Below are positions 10,316-20,291 of a DNA stretch of 32,000 nt, piece after piece; position 1 is the stretch's first letter; each line of letters opens with the position of its first letter. The translations under genes were made by a program, and so were the position numbers. The DNA is from Gemmata obscuriglobus (GTDB taxonomy: Bacteria > Planctomycetota > Planctomycetia > Gemmatales > Gemmataceae): assembly GCF_008065095.1 (NCBI RefSeq), contig NZ_CP042911.1, positions 6,990,001 to 7,022,000 on the forward strand, given 5' to 3'. The notes under the pieces were generated by a model that did no database searches, was not told the DNA's origin, and was given only the letters and a program-made list of their open reading frames with translations.

Positions 10316-11556
10316 AAGGTGCTCGCCCTCACCAGTTGCTGGAACGGTTCGCCCAGCACCTTTTCGATGTACGGCGTGACGCGCCAGAACCGCTTCAGTT
10401 CGATGTACTCGGCCACGTGCTCCGCTTCCCCCGCGTGCGCAGCGGACGCGCCGCGCACGGCCCGGATCATGAGGTTGCGGGCCGTGTGCTCGGTGCTCAC
10501 GAACTCCACCACGTCGGTGCGGTAGCCCGTGATGCGCAGCGCCAGCGCCCGGAACGCGTCGGTCACGAGGTCCGCGGCGCGCTGGGCCATGATGCCGTGT
10601 CGCAGCACCGGCCGGAGCACCTCAGCGGGGCCGGTCGCGCTGATGACCTTGTTCAGGTCGTGGTGGCAGCACGGCACCCCCAGGAACAGCCGGGCGCCGC
10701 TGCGGACCGCTTGCGCGATGGCGTCGTCGGTCGCGGTGTCGCAGGCGTGCAGCGCGATCACGATGTCGGCCGGCACGTCCGCCGTGCCGATGCGCCGGCA
10801 CTCGAACTCCAGGTTGCTCGCCCCGAGCCGCTCGGCGCGCTCCACGCTCTTGCGGATCACCTCCTCGTTCACGTCCACGCCGAGGATGCGCGCCGGCACC
10901 CCGAGTACGTCGTTCAGGTAGTGGTGCGCGGCGAGCGTCAGGTAGCTCGACCCGCACCCGCAGTCGAGGATGCGGAGTTCGCGGCCGAGGTCGGCCAGTT
11001 TGGCGTCCCCGAAGACGTGTCGGAGCTGTTTGAGGAACTCGTTGATCTGGGTGAACTTGGCCCGCATGGTGGGCTTCACGCGCCCGTCCGGGGTGGAAAC
11101 GCCCATCACCTCGAGCAGCGCGTCGGCGCGCCCTTCGGGCAGCGGAACGTCCTTCACGCGGTTGTGTGCTTCGGGCTCCGACAGTTCGGTTGGGGATTTC
11201 GGCTTGTGCCGCCCGACGTGGACCCGGCCCTTGCGGCTCGTGCGGACGTCCAGCTCTTCGCCGTTGGTGGTGATGTGAACGCCGGCGAACCCGTAGCCGA
11301 CGAGTTCGTCGAGCGGGGCGTCGAGTTCGTCGGGCGAGAAGTTCTTGGTGACGGCCTTTTTGGCGCCCTGGTACGCGAACTGGAAGTGCCGGTCCCCCCG
11401 CAGTTCTACGGGGCGAATGACAACGCGGACCCACTCGCACGAGTAACCGCGGGTGGCGCCCGCGAACGTGGCGCGCCGAAACCCGTCGCCCTTCACCGCG
11501 CCGCCGATCAGGGCCAGCATCTCTTCGCGATCGAGGTTCTTCTCCATACCGGCCAT
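10312..11556 (-). CDS. SAM-dependent methyltransferase with a ~190-aa N-terminal domain (Methyltransf_32-like by recollection)
   Basis: Motif I is ILDCGCGSSYLT. ALHACDTATD and VPCCHHDL motifs are present. The N-terminal domain is unassigned. An alternative start is at 11547. Confidence 0.72.
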   Translation of the reverse strand: MAGMEKNLDREEMLALIGGAVKGDGFRRATFAGATRGYSCEWVRVVIRPVELRGDRHFQFAYQGAKKAVTKNFSPDELDAPLDELVGYGFAGVHITTNGEELDVRTSRKGRVHVGRHKPKSPTELSEPEAHNRVKDVPLPEGRADALLEVMGVSTPDGRVKPTMRAKFTQINEFLKQLRHVFGDAKLADLGRELRILDCGCGSSYLTLAAHHYLNDVLGVPARILGVDVNEEVIRKSVERAERLGASNLEFECRRIGTADVPADIVIALHACDTATDDAIAQAVRSGARLFLGVPCCHHDLNKVISATGPAEVLRPVLRHGIMAQRAADLVTDAFRALALRITGYRTDVVEFVSTEHTARNLMIRAVRGASAAHAGEAEHVAEYIELKRFWRVTPYIEKVLGEPFQQLVRASTL

Positions 11557-11683
11557 TTTACACGCGAACGTTCACCGACGTCGCGGCCCCGAAACACAAC
11601 GGGCATTTGTACCGCGAGACGCCGTCTCAGTAAGCGAAAAAACGCGAGCATACCGTGGCGGCGCGCCGATGTTACCGGTTAAC

Positions 11684-11711
11684 TTGACGTTACGGCGGGG
11701 GGCGGTATTAC
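11684..11711 (+). promoter_or_regulatory. Candidate sigma70-like promoter for the ferredoxin gene
   Basis: TTGACG (11684-11689), a 16-nt spacer, then TATTAC (11706-11711). A GGAGG ribosome-binding site lies about 11 nt before the ATG at 11758. This is pattern match only. Confidence 0.3.
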
Positions 11712-11757
11712 TCTCCCCAACCAGCGCGCCCACACGAAGACGGAGGTTGAGCCCGAG

Positions 11758-12069
11758 ATGCCACACGTCGTTACCTCGAATTGCAACGACTGCAAGTACA
11801 CCGACTGCTGCGTCGTCTGCCCGGTAGAGTGCTTCTACCAGGACGAGACGATGCTCTACATCGACCCCGAGGACTGCATCGACTGCGAGGCGTGCGTGCC
11901 CGAGTGCCCGGTCGAGGCGATCTACTCGGAGCCGAACGTTCCGTCCCAGTGGTCGAGCTTCATTCAGCTCAACGCCGAGCGGGCGAGCGCCCTCAAGTCC
12001 GCCGGGGGCGACGCGCACATCACCGAGAAGGCCCCGGCCAAAGAAGGCCCGGACTGCAAGAAGAAGTGA
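11758..12069 (+). CDS. fdxA: 7Fe-type (Azotobacter-type) ferredoxin
   Basis: MPHVVTSNCNDCKYTDCCVVCPVECFY...CIDCEACVPECPVEAI matches the CxxCxxxxCxxxCP / CxxCxxCxxxCP cluster layout of FdxA. Confidence 0.88.
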   Translation: MPHVVTSNCNDCKYTDCCVVCPVECFYQDETMLYIDPEDCIDCEACVPECPVEAIYSEPNVPSQWSSFIQLNAERASALKSAGGDAHITEKAPAKEGPDCKKK

Positions 12070-12206
12070 CCGCGGTCCCTGGTCGTTGGTGCGGGTCCAT
12101 CGTCAGCACCTTCGCGTCGCCTTGCCGGAATCCGGTACGAACCGGTTGGCGAACCGCGAAGAATGCGGACAACTGACTACGGACTAATGACTAAGGACGC
12201 ACCCCG

Positions 12207-13175
12207 ATGACCGGTCTTCTGCTCATCCAACTCGGCACCCCGGACGCGCCAACTTACCGGGGGCTGTTCCCGTACCTGCGGCAGTTCCTTTCGGACCCGC
12301 GCGTCATTGAGGTGCCGCGGCCGATCTGGTTACCGCTCCTGTATTTGCGCATCCTGCCGTTCCGCTCCGGCGCCTCGGCCGCGAAGTACGCGCGCATCTG
12401 GGACCCCAAAACCGGCTCGCCGCTGCTGCACTACACCGTTGAGCAAACGAAACTGCTCCAGGAGCACTTTCCGAGCAACCCGGTGAAGTTCGGGATGATC
12501 GTCGGCAACCCGCCGCTCCGCGACACGATCCATGACATGATCGCCGGCGGTGTCGATAAGCTCATCGCGATGCCGATGTTCCCGCAGTACTCGGCCACGT
12601 CGTTCGCCAGCGCCACGGATTCCCTGTTCAAGGCCCTGACGAAAGTGCGCCGGGTGCCGGCGGTGCGCGTGGTGCCGCCGTACTACAACCACCCGGGCTA
12701 CCTCGACGCCATGGAGGCGACGATCCGCGACGACCTCGCCAAGTTGGCGTGGGAGCCCGAGCACATCGTCATCAGCTTCCACGGCATCCCGCAAAAGTAC
12801 GCGCAGCGCGGCGACCCCTACGCCACGCACGTGGTGCGCACCACGCAGGCGCTCGTGAAGCGGATGGGCTGGCCGCGGAGCTACTGGACGCAGACGTACC
12901 AGTCGCGGTTCGGGCGCAGCGAGTGGCTCAAGCCCTACACCGACGACGTGCTCGCGACCCTCGCGAAGAAGGGCACCAAGCGGGTGTACGTCGCACTGCC
13001 GGGGTTCACCGCGGACTGCCTGGAGACGATCGACGAGATCGGGACCGAGAGCCGTGAGGTGTTCGAGCACGCCGGCGGCGAGCACCTCAAGAACGGCACC
13101 TGCCTGAACGCCCACCCGAAGTGGATCGAGGGCATGGCGCGCATCCTGCGCGACGAGGGGCACGGCTGGCTCTGA
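12207..13175 (+). CDS. hemH: Ferrochelatase
   Basis: LLIQLGTPD, PMFPQYSATS, SFHGIP and ADCLETIDEI motifs are present. Length is 322 aa. Confidence 0.92.
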   Translation: MTGLLLIQLGTPDAPTYRGLFPYLRQFLSDPRVIEVPRPIWLPLLYLRILPFRSGASAAKYARIWDPKTGSPLLHYTVEQTKLLQEHFPSNPVKFGMIVGNPPLRDTIHDMIAGGVDKLIAMPMFPQYSATSFASATDSLFKALTKVRRVPAVRVVPPYYNHPGYLDAMEATIRDDLAKLAWEPEHIVISFHGIPQKYAQRGDPYATHVVRTTQALVKRMGWPRSYWTQTYQSRFGRSEWLKPYTDDVLATLAKKGTKRVYVALPGFTADCLETIDEIGTESREVFEHAGGEHLKNGTCLNAHPKWIEGMARILRDEGHGWL

Positions 13176-13182
13176 GCGGCGG

Positions 13183-14031
13183 TTACACCGGTTTGAAGGT
13201 CACGTTCGGCTGCGGCGCTCCCGTTTCACCCGTCACTTGTCGGAACACGATCGGGCGCGGGAGATCGGCATACATGGGGTATTCGCAATCCCAAGTCGCG
13301 TCGTTGCGGAACAAGAACTCGCGCTCCAACAGCGAGTAGACGATCGGTGACAAGTTGTCGAACCAGCCGCCGGGCACCGCGTCCGGTTCCGGTTCGTCGG
13401 GGTCGGCGGGATCGAACACCTGGTCTTCTTTCCCGACGACCGGCGCCTGAAGTGTCCCGCCCTTCCAGATCGGCACGGTACCCTCGTCTTGCATCGGCAC
13501 GTGCGCCCAACTTCCGAAGAACCCGCTCACCCGAACCGCCACCTGCGCACCGCCCCGGTGCCCCACGTCGATCGTCAGCCCTTGGTACTTGAACTGGATC
13601 TCGAGCAGGGCGTCATCGACCCAGAACCGCCGGTAGGACCGGTCGTCCGCTGTCACTTTCACACCACGCAGCAGCGGGCGGGCGGCGATGGCTTCCGAGC
13701 GCCCGGGGGCACGGTGCGCCCACCTCGGCGGTTCGGAACCGCCCAGATCGGTGAGCCGGTGAACGAACACCGTCGGGCGAAAGCACGTGCGCGCCTCCCA
13801 CACGCGCCCGGCGGCGTCGGCGATCCGGTGGGCGCAAGCGACGTTGCACCTGCCTTCCGCCACCCGTTTCGGATCACCGCCGTGGTCGAACTCGAACCGG
13901 TATCGCAGTTTCACCGCGCCGTCGCCGAACGTCAGCCCGCCGGCCGGTTCGGTCGGGTACGTCACGACCCCGTGGCTCCACAGTTCTGTTTCCACAAATT
14001 CGGGCGAAGCGAACGGCTCGCGTGTGCTCAT
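13183..14031 (-). CDS. Hypothetical protein (282 aa)
   Basis: I place the start at the ATG at 14029-14031 (MSTREPF...), which has AAGGAG 7 nt upstream. The longer track ORF (to 14250) would overlap the thiolase start. Composition is protein-like and I recognise no family. Confidence 0.6.
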   Translation of the reverse strand: MSTREPFASPEFVETELWSHGVVTYPTEPAGGLTFGDGAVKLRYRFEFDHGGDPKRVAEGRCNVACAHRIADAAGRVWEARTCFRPTVFVHRLTDLGGSEPPRWAHRAPGRSEAIAARPLLRGVKVTADDRSYRRFWVDDALLEIQFKYQGLTIDVGHRGGAQVAVRVSGFFGSWAHVPMQDEGTVPIWKGGTLQAPVVGKEDQVFDPADPDEPEPDAVPGGWFDNLSPIVYSLLEREFLFRNDATWDCEYPMYADLPRPIVFRQVTGETGAPQPNVTFKPV

Positions 14032-14095
14032 CGCGTCTCCTTTGAGGGCGGCGTATGATGGAATAAACGACCACTCTCCCGGGCGGGACCTTCCA

Positions 14096-15277
14096 ATGGA
14101 CGCATTCATCCTCTCTGCGGCCCGCACGCCGATCGGCAAGTTCCTCGGCGGACTCGCGGACCTTCCGGCCCCGAAACTCGGCGCGGTCGCCATCGCGGAA
14201 GCCGTGAAGCGAGCCGGGGTGAAGCCCGAGCAGGTCGAAGACGTAATCATGGGGAACGTCGTTCAGGCGGGCGTTGGTCAAGCACCGGCGCGGCAGGCGG
14301 CTCTCTTCGCTGGGCTTCCCGATACGGTCCCTGCGCACACGACCAACATGGTTTGCGGGTCGGGACTGAAGGCGGTCATGCTGGCGGCGCAGAGCATCCG
14401 CGCCGGCGACGCGAACGTGGTCGTGGCGGGCGGGATGGAGAGCATGAGCCGCGCGCCGTTCCTGCTTCAAGGGGTCCGCCAGGGCTACAAGTACGGGAAC
14501 CAAACCACCACGGACGCGCTCGTGAGCGACGGGCTGTGGTGTGCGTTCGAGAACTGGGCGATGGGCGAGGCGGCCGAGCACACTGCGACCACCTGCGCGG
14601 TGTCGCGTGCCGACCAGGACCGGTTCGCGGCGCAGAGCCACCAGCGCGCGGCGGCAGCGTGGGCGGCCGGCGCCTTCGCTGACGAGGTGGTCACGGTCGC
14701 GCCGCCGAGCGCGGGGCGCAAACCGGCCGACCCGATCGCGAAAGACGAGGGCATCCGCCCCGACACCACACCCGAAGGGCTAGGGAAACTGAAACCCGCG
14801 TTCCGGCCGTACGGCACCGTGACGGCCGGGAACGCGTCGCAGCTCTCCGACGGCGCGGCGGCGGTCGTGGTCGCGTCGGCGCGGTTCGTGGAGCAAACCG
14901 GCGCGAAGCCGCTCGCGCGGATCGTGAGTTACACGATGAGCGGGGTTCACCCGAAAGACATCTTCACCGCCCCGGTCACCGCAGTCCGGGCCGCATGCGA
15001 AAAGGCCAAACTCGCGGTGTCGGACATCGATCTGTTCGAGCTGAACGAGGCGTTCGCCGCGCAGATGTTAGCGTGCGGTAAGGGCCTCAACCTGGACGAA
15101 GCGAAGGTGAACGTTCACGGCGGCGCAGTGGCGCTGGGGCATCCCATCGGCGCGAGCGGCGCGCGAGTCCTGGTCACGTTGCTTCACGCCCTGAAGCGAC
15201 ACAACAAGCGGTACGGGCTCGCTTCGCTCTGTTTGGGTGGCGGAAATGCCGTCGCGATGGTCGTGGAACGGCTGTAA
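14096..15277 (+). CDS. Acetyl-CoA C-acetyltransferase (thiolase II)
   Basis: The start is the ATG at 14096 (MDAFILSAARTPIGKF). Motifs: VCGSGLKAV (active-site Cys), NEAFAAQ, NVHGGAVALGHPIGASG and CLGGGNAV. Confidence 0.92.
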   Translation: MDAFILSAARTPIGKFLGGLADLPAPKLGAVAIAEAVKRAGVKPEQVEDVIMGNVVQAGVGQAPARQAALFAGLPDTVPAHTTNMVCGSGLKAVMLAAQSIRAGDANVVVAGGMESMSRAPFLLQGVRQGYKYGNQTTTDALVSDGLWCAFENWAMGEAAEHTATTCAVSRADQDRFAAQSHQRAAAAWAAGAFADEVVTVAPPSAGRKPADPIAKDEGIRPDTTPEGLGKLKPAFRPYGTVTAGNASQLSDGAAAVVVASARFVEQTGAKPLARIVSYTMSGVHPKDIFTAPVTAVRAACEKAKLAVSDIDLFELNEAFAAQMLACGKGLNLDEAKVNVHGGAVALGHPIGASGARVLVTLLHALKRHNKRYGLASLCLGGGNAVAMVVERL

Positions 15278-15283
15278 ATCAAA

Positions 15284-15556
15284 GAAGATTGGCCACAAAA
15301 GAGCACAAAGGGCACGAAAGGAAACCGAAGACGGAGACAGAAGACAGATTGGCCGCAAAAAAGCACAAAAGGAAAGCGAAGACGAAGACCAGAGGCGTAT
15401 TTTTGAACACACTCTTTTATCTTTGCCTTTGGTTCTCTTGTGTGCCCTTCTCTCTTCTACCTTGGTTTCCTTTTGTGCTCTTTGTGCTTTTTTGCGGCCA
15501 AGCTGTCTTCTGTCTCCGTCTTCGGTTTCCTTTCGTGCTTTTTTGCGGCCAATCTT
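15284..15556. repeat. Low-GC nested inverted-repeat element built from four ~50-60-nt units (two direct, two inverted)
   Basis: Each unit starts with TTGGCCRCAAAARAGCAC. The forward core 15312-15347 (gcacgaaaggaaaccgaagacggagacagaagacag) is the exact reverse complement of 15503-15538. The inner pair is 15349-15369 versus 15481-15501. GC content is clearly below the flanks. Confidence 0.85.
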
Positions 15557-15575
15557 GTTTTTCCATTGGAGGCCC

Positions 15576-16358
15576 ATGGTGAGTGAAGAGCGAAAGGGCG
15601 TGTCGCGGCGGGCAGACATTCCGTCCGAGTTGCTGGCACAACTCAACGCCGGGACCGCGGCGTCCGCGACGCTCGCCGAAGGGCTCGCGATCGACTTCGC
15701 GGCGCTGCTGGTTTCGGCAGTCCCGGATATGCCCGCAGAGTCGGTAGAACTGGTCCGCGGCATGGCCGACCAGGGGATCACGCGGCGCATGGACGCGGTG
15801 GGCGAACTCCTCCTTCAGCACCTCACGCTCGACCGGTTACCGTTGCTGACGGCTCATGCGTCCGACACCGTTCGCGGGTGGGCGTGTTACGTCATCGGCC
15901 GCGCGCCCAAGCTCAAACTGAATGCGAAACTGGACCTGATCCGCCCGCTCGCCGACGACCGGCACTTTGGGGTGCGGGAGTGGGCGTGGATGGCGATCCG
16001 GCCGCACCTCGCCAAGAACGTCGGGCACGCAGTCAAGGCTCTCACGCCGTGGGCCGAACACCCGTCGCCCAACGTGCGGCGGTTCGCGAGCGAAGCGACC
16101 CGGCCGCGCGGCGTGTGGTGCGCCCACATCGACGCGCTCAAACAGAACCCGGAACTGGGGCTGCCGATTCTGGAACCGCTCAAGGCCGATCCGGCGAAGT
16201 ACGTTCAGGACTCGGTCGGCAACTGGCTCAACGACGCCGCCAAGAGCCAACCCGTCTGGGTGAAAGAGTTGTGCCTCCGCTGGCAGCAGGAATCAGCGGC
16301 CGATACGACCGCAGCCGTCTGCAAACGGGCGCTGCGAAACGTGCGCGTGGGGAAATGA
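15576..16358 (+). CDS. DNA alkylation repair-like HEAT-repeat protein (COG4335-like), 260 aa
   Basis: The start is the ATG at 15576 with GGAGG 5 nt upstream. The upstream part of the track ORF is translated repeat sequence. NVRRFASEATRPRGVW ... LKADPAKYVQDSVGNWLNDAAKSQP resembles the family motif VRRxASEGTRPR...YVRRSVANNLNDIxK as I recall it. Confidence 0.68.
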   Translation: MVSEERKGVSRRADIPSELLAQLNAGTAASATLAEGLAIDFAALLVSAVPDMPAESVELVRGMADQGITRRMDAVGELLLQHLTLDRLPLLTAHASDTVRGWACYVIGRAPKLKLNAKLDLIRPLADDRHFGVREWAWMAIRPHLAKNVGHAVKALTPWAEHPSPNVRRFASEATRPRGVWCAHIDALKQNPELGLPILEPLKADPAKYVQDSVGNWLNDAAKSQPVWVKELCLRWQQESAADTTAAVCKRALRNVRVGK

Positions 16359-16361
16359 CCA

Positions 16362-16814
16362 ATGCCCATCGCCCTCATGCTCGAAGACGAAGCCGAGCGG
16401 CTGGTCCGCTTCCGCGCGGTCGCGGCCCGGCTCGGTTGTGAACTCGTGTGCTGGCCGAACGCACACCGCATGATCGCCGAAATGGGCGAACGGCTCGCAG
16501 AGGCCGCGTTCATTTCACTCGACCACGATCTTGAACCGGAAGACGCAACCGACCCCGGCGACGGTCTCGATGTCGCCAAGCACCTCGCGGGACTGTCGCC
16601 AACGTGCCCGGTGATCGTTCACACCAGTAATGGCGCCCGCGGCGACAGCATGATGGGCGAGTTTGAACTCGCAGGCTGGAGACACCACCGCGTCCTGCCG
16701 ATCGGCGACGATTGGATTGAAGTTGATTGGGCGTGGCACGCGCGGAACCTACTTCGACGCGCGAATAGGGTGCGTCGAACCACTGACAAACCGTCAGCCC
16801 CGCCCGGCGATTGA
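16362..16814 (+). CDS. Receiver-like small protein resembling the cyclic-phosphate-processing receiver (cREC/CPR) domain
   Basis: It starts 3 nt after the previous stop. ISLDHDLEPE...GDGLDVAKHL...CPVIVHTSN..G matches my recollection of the cREC pattern (sxDHDLG...G.dvakwL...P..vHS.N). Confidence 0.5.
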   Translation: MPIALMLEDEAERLVRFRAVAARLGCELVCWPNAHRMIAEMGERLAEAAFISLDHDLEPEDATDPGDGLDVAKHLAGLSPTCPVIVHTSNGARGDSMMGEFELAGWRHHRVLPIGDDWIEVDWAWHARNLLRRANRVRRTTDKPSAPPGD

Positions 16815-16973
16815 GCCGCAATCCTGGCAGGATGAGCCACCCCGCCTCACACATCGTATTCCATAAGTCACTACCCAATAGCAACTTCAGGCGACCCAAT
16901 CGCGTGGGCACGCTTGTTGCATATTGGGCGCCATCATTCGGTCACCCCGTAAGTTTCAGTGTGAGGAATCGGA

Positions 16974-17267
16974 ATGGGCCTGCAACCGATCGGCGACCGC
17001 ATCGTCGTTCGCCGCGAAGCCGCCGAAGAGAAGACGGCCGGCGGCATCCTCCTGCCCGACAGCGCCAAGAACAAGCCCCAGCGCGGTGCGGTTGTCGCGG
17101 TCGGCCCGGGCAAGCTCAAGCCGGACGGCACCCGCGTCCCGATGCAGCTCAAGGTCGGCGACAAGGTGCTGTTCACCTCGTGGGCCGGGGACGAGTTCAA
17201 AGGCCCCAAGAACGACGGCGAAATCCTGCTCATGCACGAAGGCGACGTGATGTGCGTGATCGCGTGA
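16974..17267 (+). CDS. groES: Co-chaperonin GroES
   Basis: MGLQPIGDRIVVRREAAEEKTAGGILLPDSAK...GDKVLF. Length is 97 aa. A GAGGA ribosome-binding site is present. Confidence 0.95.
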   Translation: MGLQPIGDRIVVRREAAEEKTAGGILLPDSAKNKPQRGAVVAVGPGKLKPDGTRVPMQLKVGDKVLFTSWAGDEFKGPKNDGEILLMHEGDVMCVIA

Positions 17268-17314
17268 CCGCGGCACCGGCATAAGCACCGAACACCCAAC
17301 CGAGAGGTTTGACG

Positions 17315-18952
<1,638 letters not shown>

Positions 18953-18980
18953 GCCCAAAGGGCTGGTAACAAGCCGTGTT

Positions 18981-19028
18981 AACGTGCCGGGGCCGGTTAC
19001 TCGCAAGGGTAACCGGCCCCGGCACGTT
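18981..19028 (+). terminator. Perfect 20-bp stem / 8-nt loop hairpin 29 nt after the groEL stop
   Basis: aacgtgccggggccggttac (18981-19000) pairs perfectly with gtaaccggccccggcacgtt (19009-19028). Confidence 0.6.
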
Positions 19029-19100
19029 TCACAGCCTCGCAACGAATCCCGCCGTTTCGAGTGGATACACGATCCGGTTACTGGTGTCGGCTTTGCTTTT

Positions 19101-19164
19101 GTGGCCCAGACATTCCTGCCTGTGCGGCCTTCTCGCGCCGCCCAGACAGGAATGTCTGGGCCAC
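19101..19164. repeat. 18-bp inverted repeat with a ~28-nt spacer
   Basis: gtggcccagacattcctg (19101-19118) is the reverse complement of caggaatgtctgggccac (19147-19164). It lies between the convergent groEL and BON genes. Confidence 0.5.
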
Positions 19165-19374
19165 AAGAAACAGACACCACCACCCGGCAGTGAATGAGAG
19201 ATGCAAAACGTAATCGGGCCGCGGCCCTGGGACCGCGGACGTCCCGTCCGCACGTTGGCATATGGAACCGCAACACGGCACCCCGCCAAGCTGTCCTCAC
19301 CGCAGCAGCAAACGGAATGTCCACAACGCCGGGAGCCCCGCCATCTGACTCAATCCGACGCCCAGCAAAAATAG

Positions 19375-19770
19375 CTACTCGACGGGCGCGGCGAGTTCGT
19401 CCACCACCTCATCGACACCGACGGTGTTCCGCGCCACCCCAACGGCCAGGCGCTTCACGTTGGCGTTCGGCACCACGCCGCGGAGCGTCACCACGTTGCC
19501 CTCGGCGGTGACCGTGAACTCGACGCCCACGAACCGCTTGTCGGCCGCTAGCCGGGCGCGAACGGCCTCGTCGGCGCGAGTGGGTAGCTCTTTACGCAGT
19601 GCGTCCACCGGCGCGGACACGTTCACCCCATGCGGCAGTGCATTACGGAGTTTCGCCACCGTCAGCCGCGACACCGCCGCGAGCTTGTCACCGTCGGACG
19701 CCTTGAACTTGCTGCCGACCAGCAACAGGAACAGGGCCACCAGAATCATCACGGAGGCGAACTGGCGCAT
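19375..19770 (-). CDS. BON domain protein with an N-terminal membrane anchor/signal (131 aa)
   Basis: The N-terminus MRQFASVMILVALFLLLVG is hydrophobic. The C-terminal segment VTLRGVVPNANVKRLAVGVARNTVGVDEVVDEL is BON-like. Confidence 0.72.
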   Translation of the reverse strand: MRQFASVMILVALFLLLVGSKFKASDGDKLAAVSRLTVAKLRNALPHGVNVSAPVDALRKELPTRADEAVRARLAADKRFVGVEFTVTAEGNVVTLRGVVPNANVKRLAVGVARNTVGVDEVVDELAAPVE

Positions 19771-19860
19771 GACGACACCGGGCGGAACGCGAGGGGCGAG
19801 TTCCGTTCAGTATGTCCGTCCCGCGGCTCGGGCGCAAGAGCTTCGAGGAGAAGGGAAACG

Positions 19861-20205
19861 TCAGGCGGCGTCCGCCGGGGACGGTTGCAGCGGCCACAGC
19901 ACCCGGCGCAGGGTGTCGTCCGGGTCGTCTTCATCCGGCGATTCGAGTACGATCGTGACTCGGGGCAAGAGCCCGTGCCGCGCGAGAACGTCTTTCACGA
20001 CGATCAGTGCCGCGTCGGGGGCGGTGATGGATTCCAACGGAATGTTGATGAACCCCGCGTCGGTCGCCCCGCGTCCGCATTCTCCCGCGGCGCGCGCGAG
20101 AAGGGCCGCGTCGAGGTCGTGTTCGAGCCGAGTCCGCAGGTCGAAATCCTCGTCCGTTCCAAACGCCCCGTTCACCGGCAGCCGAACTACCATCCCGAAC
20201 GTCAT
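19861..20205 (-). CDS. Hypothetical acidic protein (114 aa)
   Basis: ATG at 20205 with GGAG 7 nt upstream. Composition is protein-like and I recognise no family. Confidence 0.5.
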   Translation of the reverse strand: MTFGMVVRLPVNGAFGTDEDFDLRTRLEHDLDAALLARAAGECGRGATDAGFINIPLESITAPDAALIVVKDVLARHGLLPRVTIVLESPDEDDPDDTLRRVLWPLQPSPADAA

Positions 20206-20282
20206 TGCGAGTCTCCATGACGACGTGATGTGCCATCCATGAAATTACCCGGTCGGGCGTGTGAAGAACAAGAACGTTGCGA

Positions 20283-20291
20283 CTCGATTTC
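20283..20291. repeat. Left copy of the 9-bp target-site duplication CTCGATTTC
   Basis: It is identical to 22024-22032 and lies immediately outside the left IS terminal inverted repeat. Confidence 0.75.

Noticed and set aside
13176-13182. Convergent hemH and hypothetical gene separated by only 7 bp.
   Set aside because: There is no room for a hairpin and no further signal. This is probably just compact gene packing.
15284-15556. Possible CRISPR array.
   Set aside because: The units are in inverted as well as direct orientation, they abut one another without unique spacers, and there are only four copies. This is not CRISPR architecture.
15184-15639. Several 60-100-aa ORFs on both strands, and the N-terminal extension of ORF 15237-16358.
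   Set aside because: They are translations of the inverted-repeat element, giving mirror-image KxxK-rich and FCGQ-type peptides. The downstream gene has a good ribosome-binding site and ATG at 15576.
16815-16973. CIRCE (HrcA) operator or sigma32 promoter upstream of groES.
   Set aside because: There is no TTAGCACTC-N9-GAGTGCTAA-like inverted repeat. CTTGTT (16913) -N12- CCATCATT (16931) only loosely resembles a sigma32 promoter, and its spacing is short. That is too weak to call.
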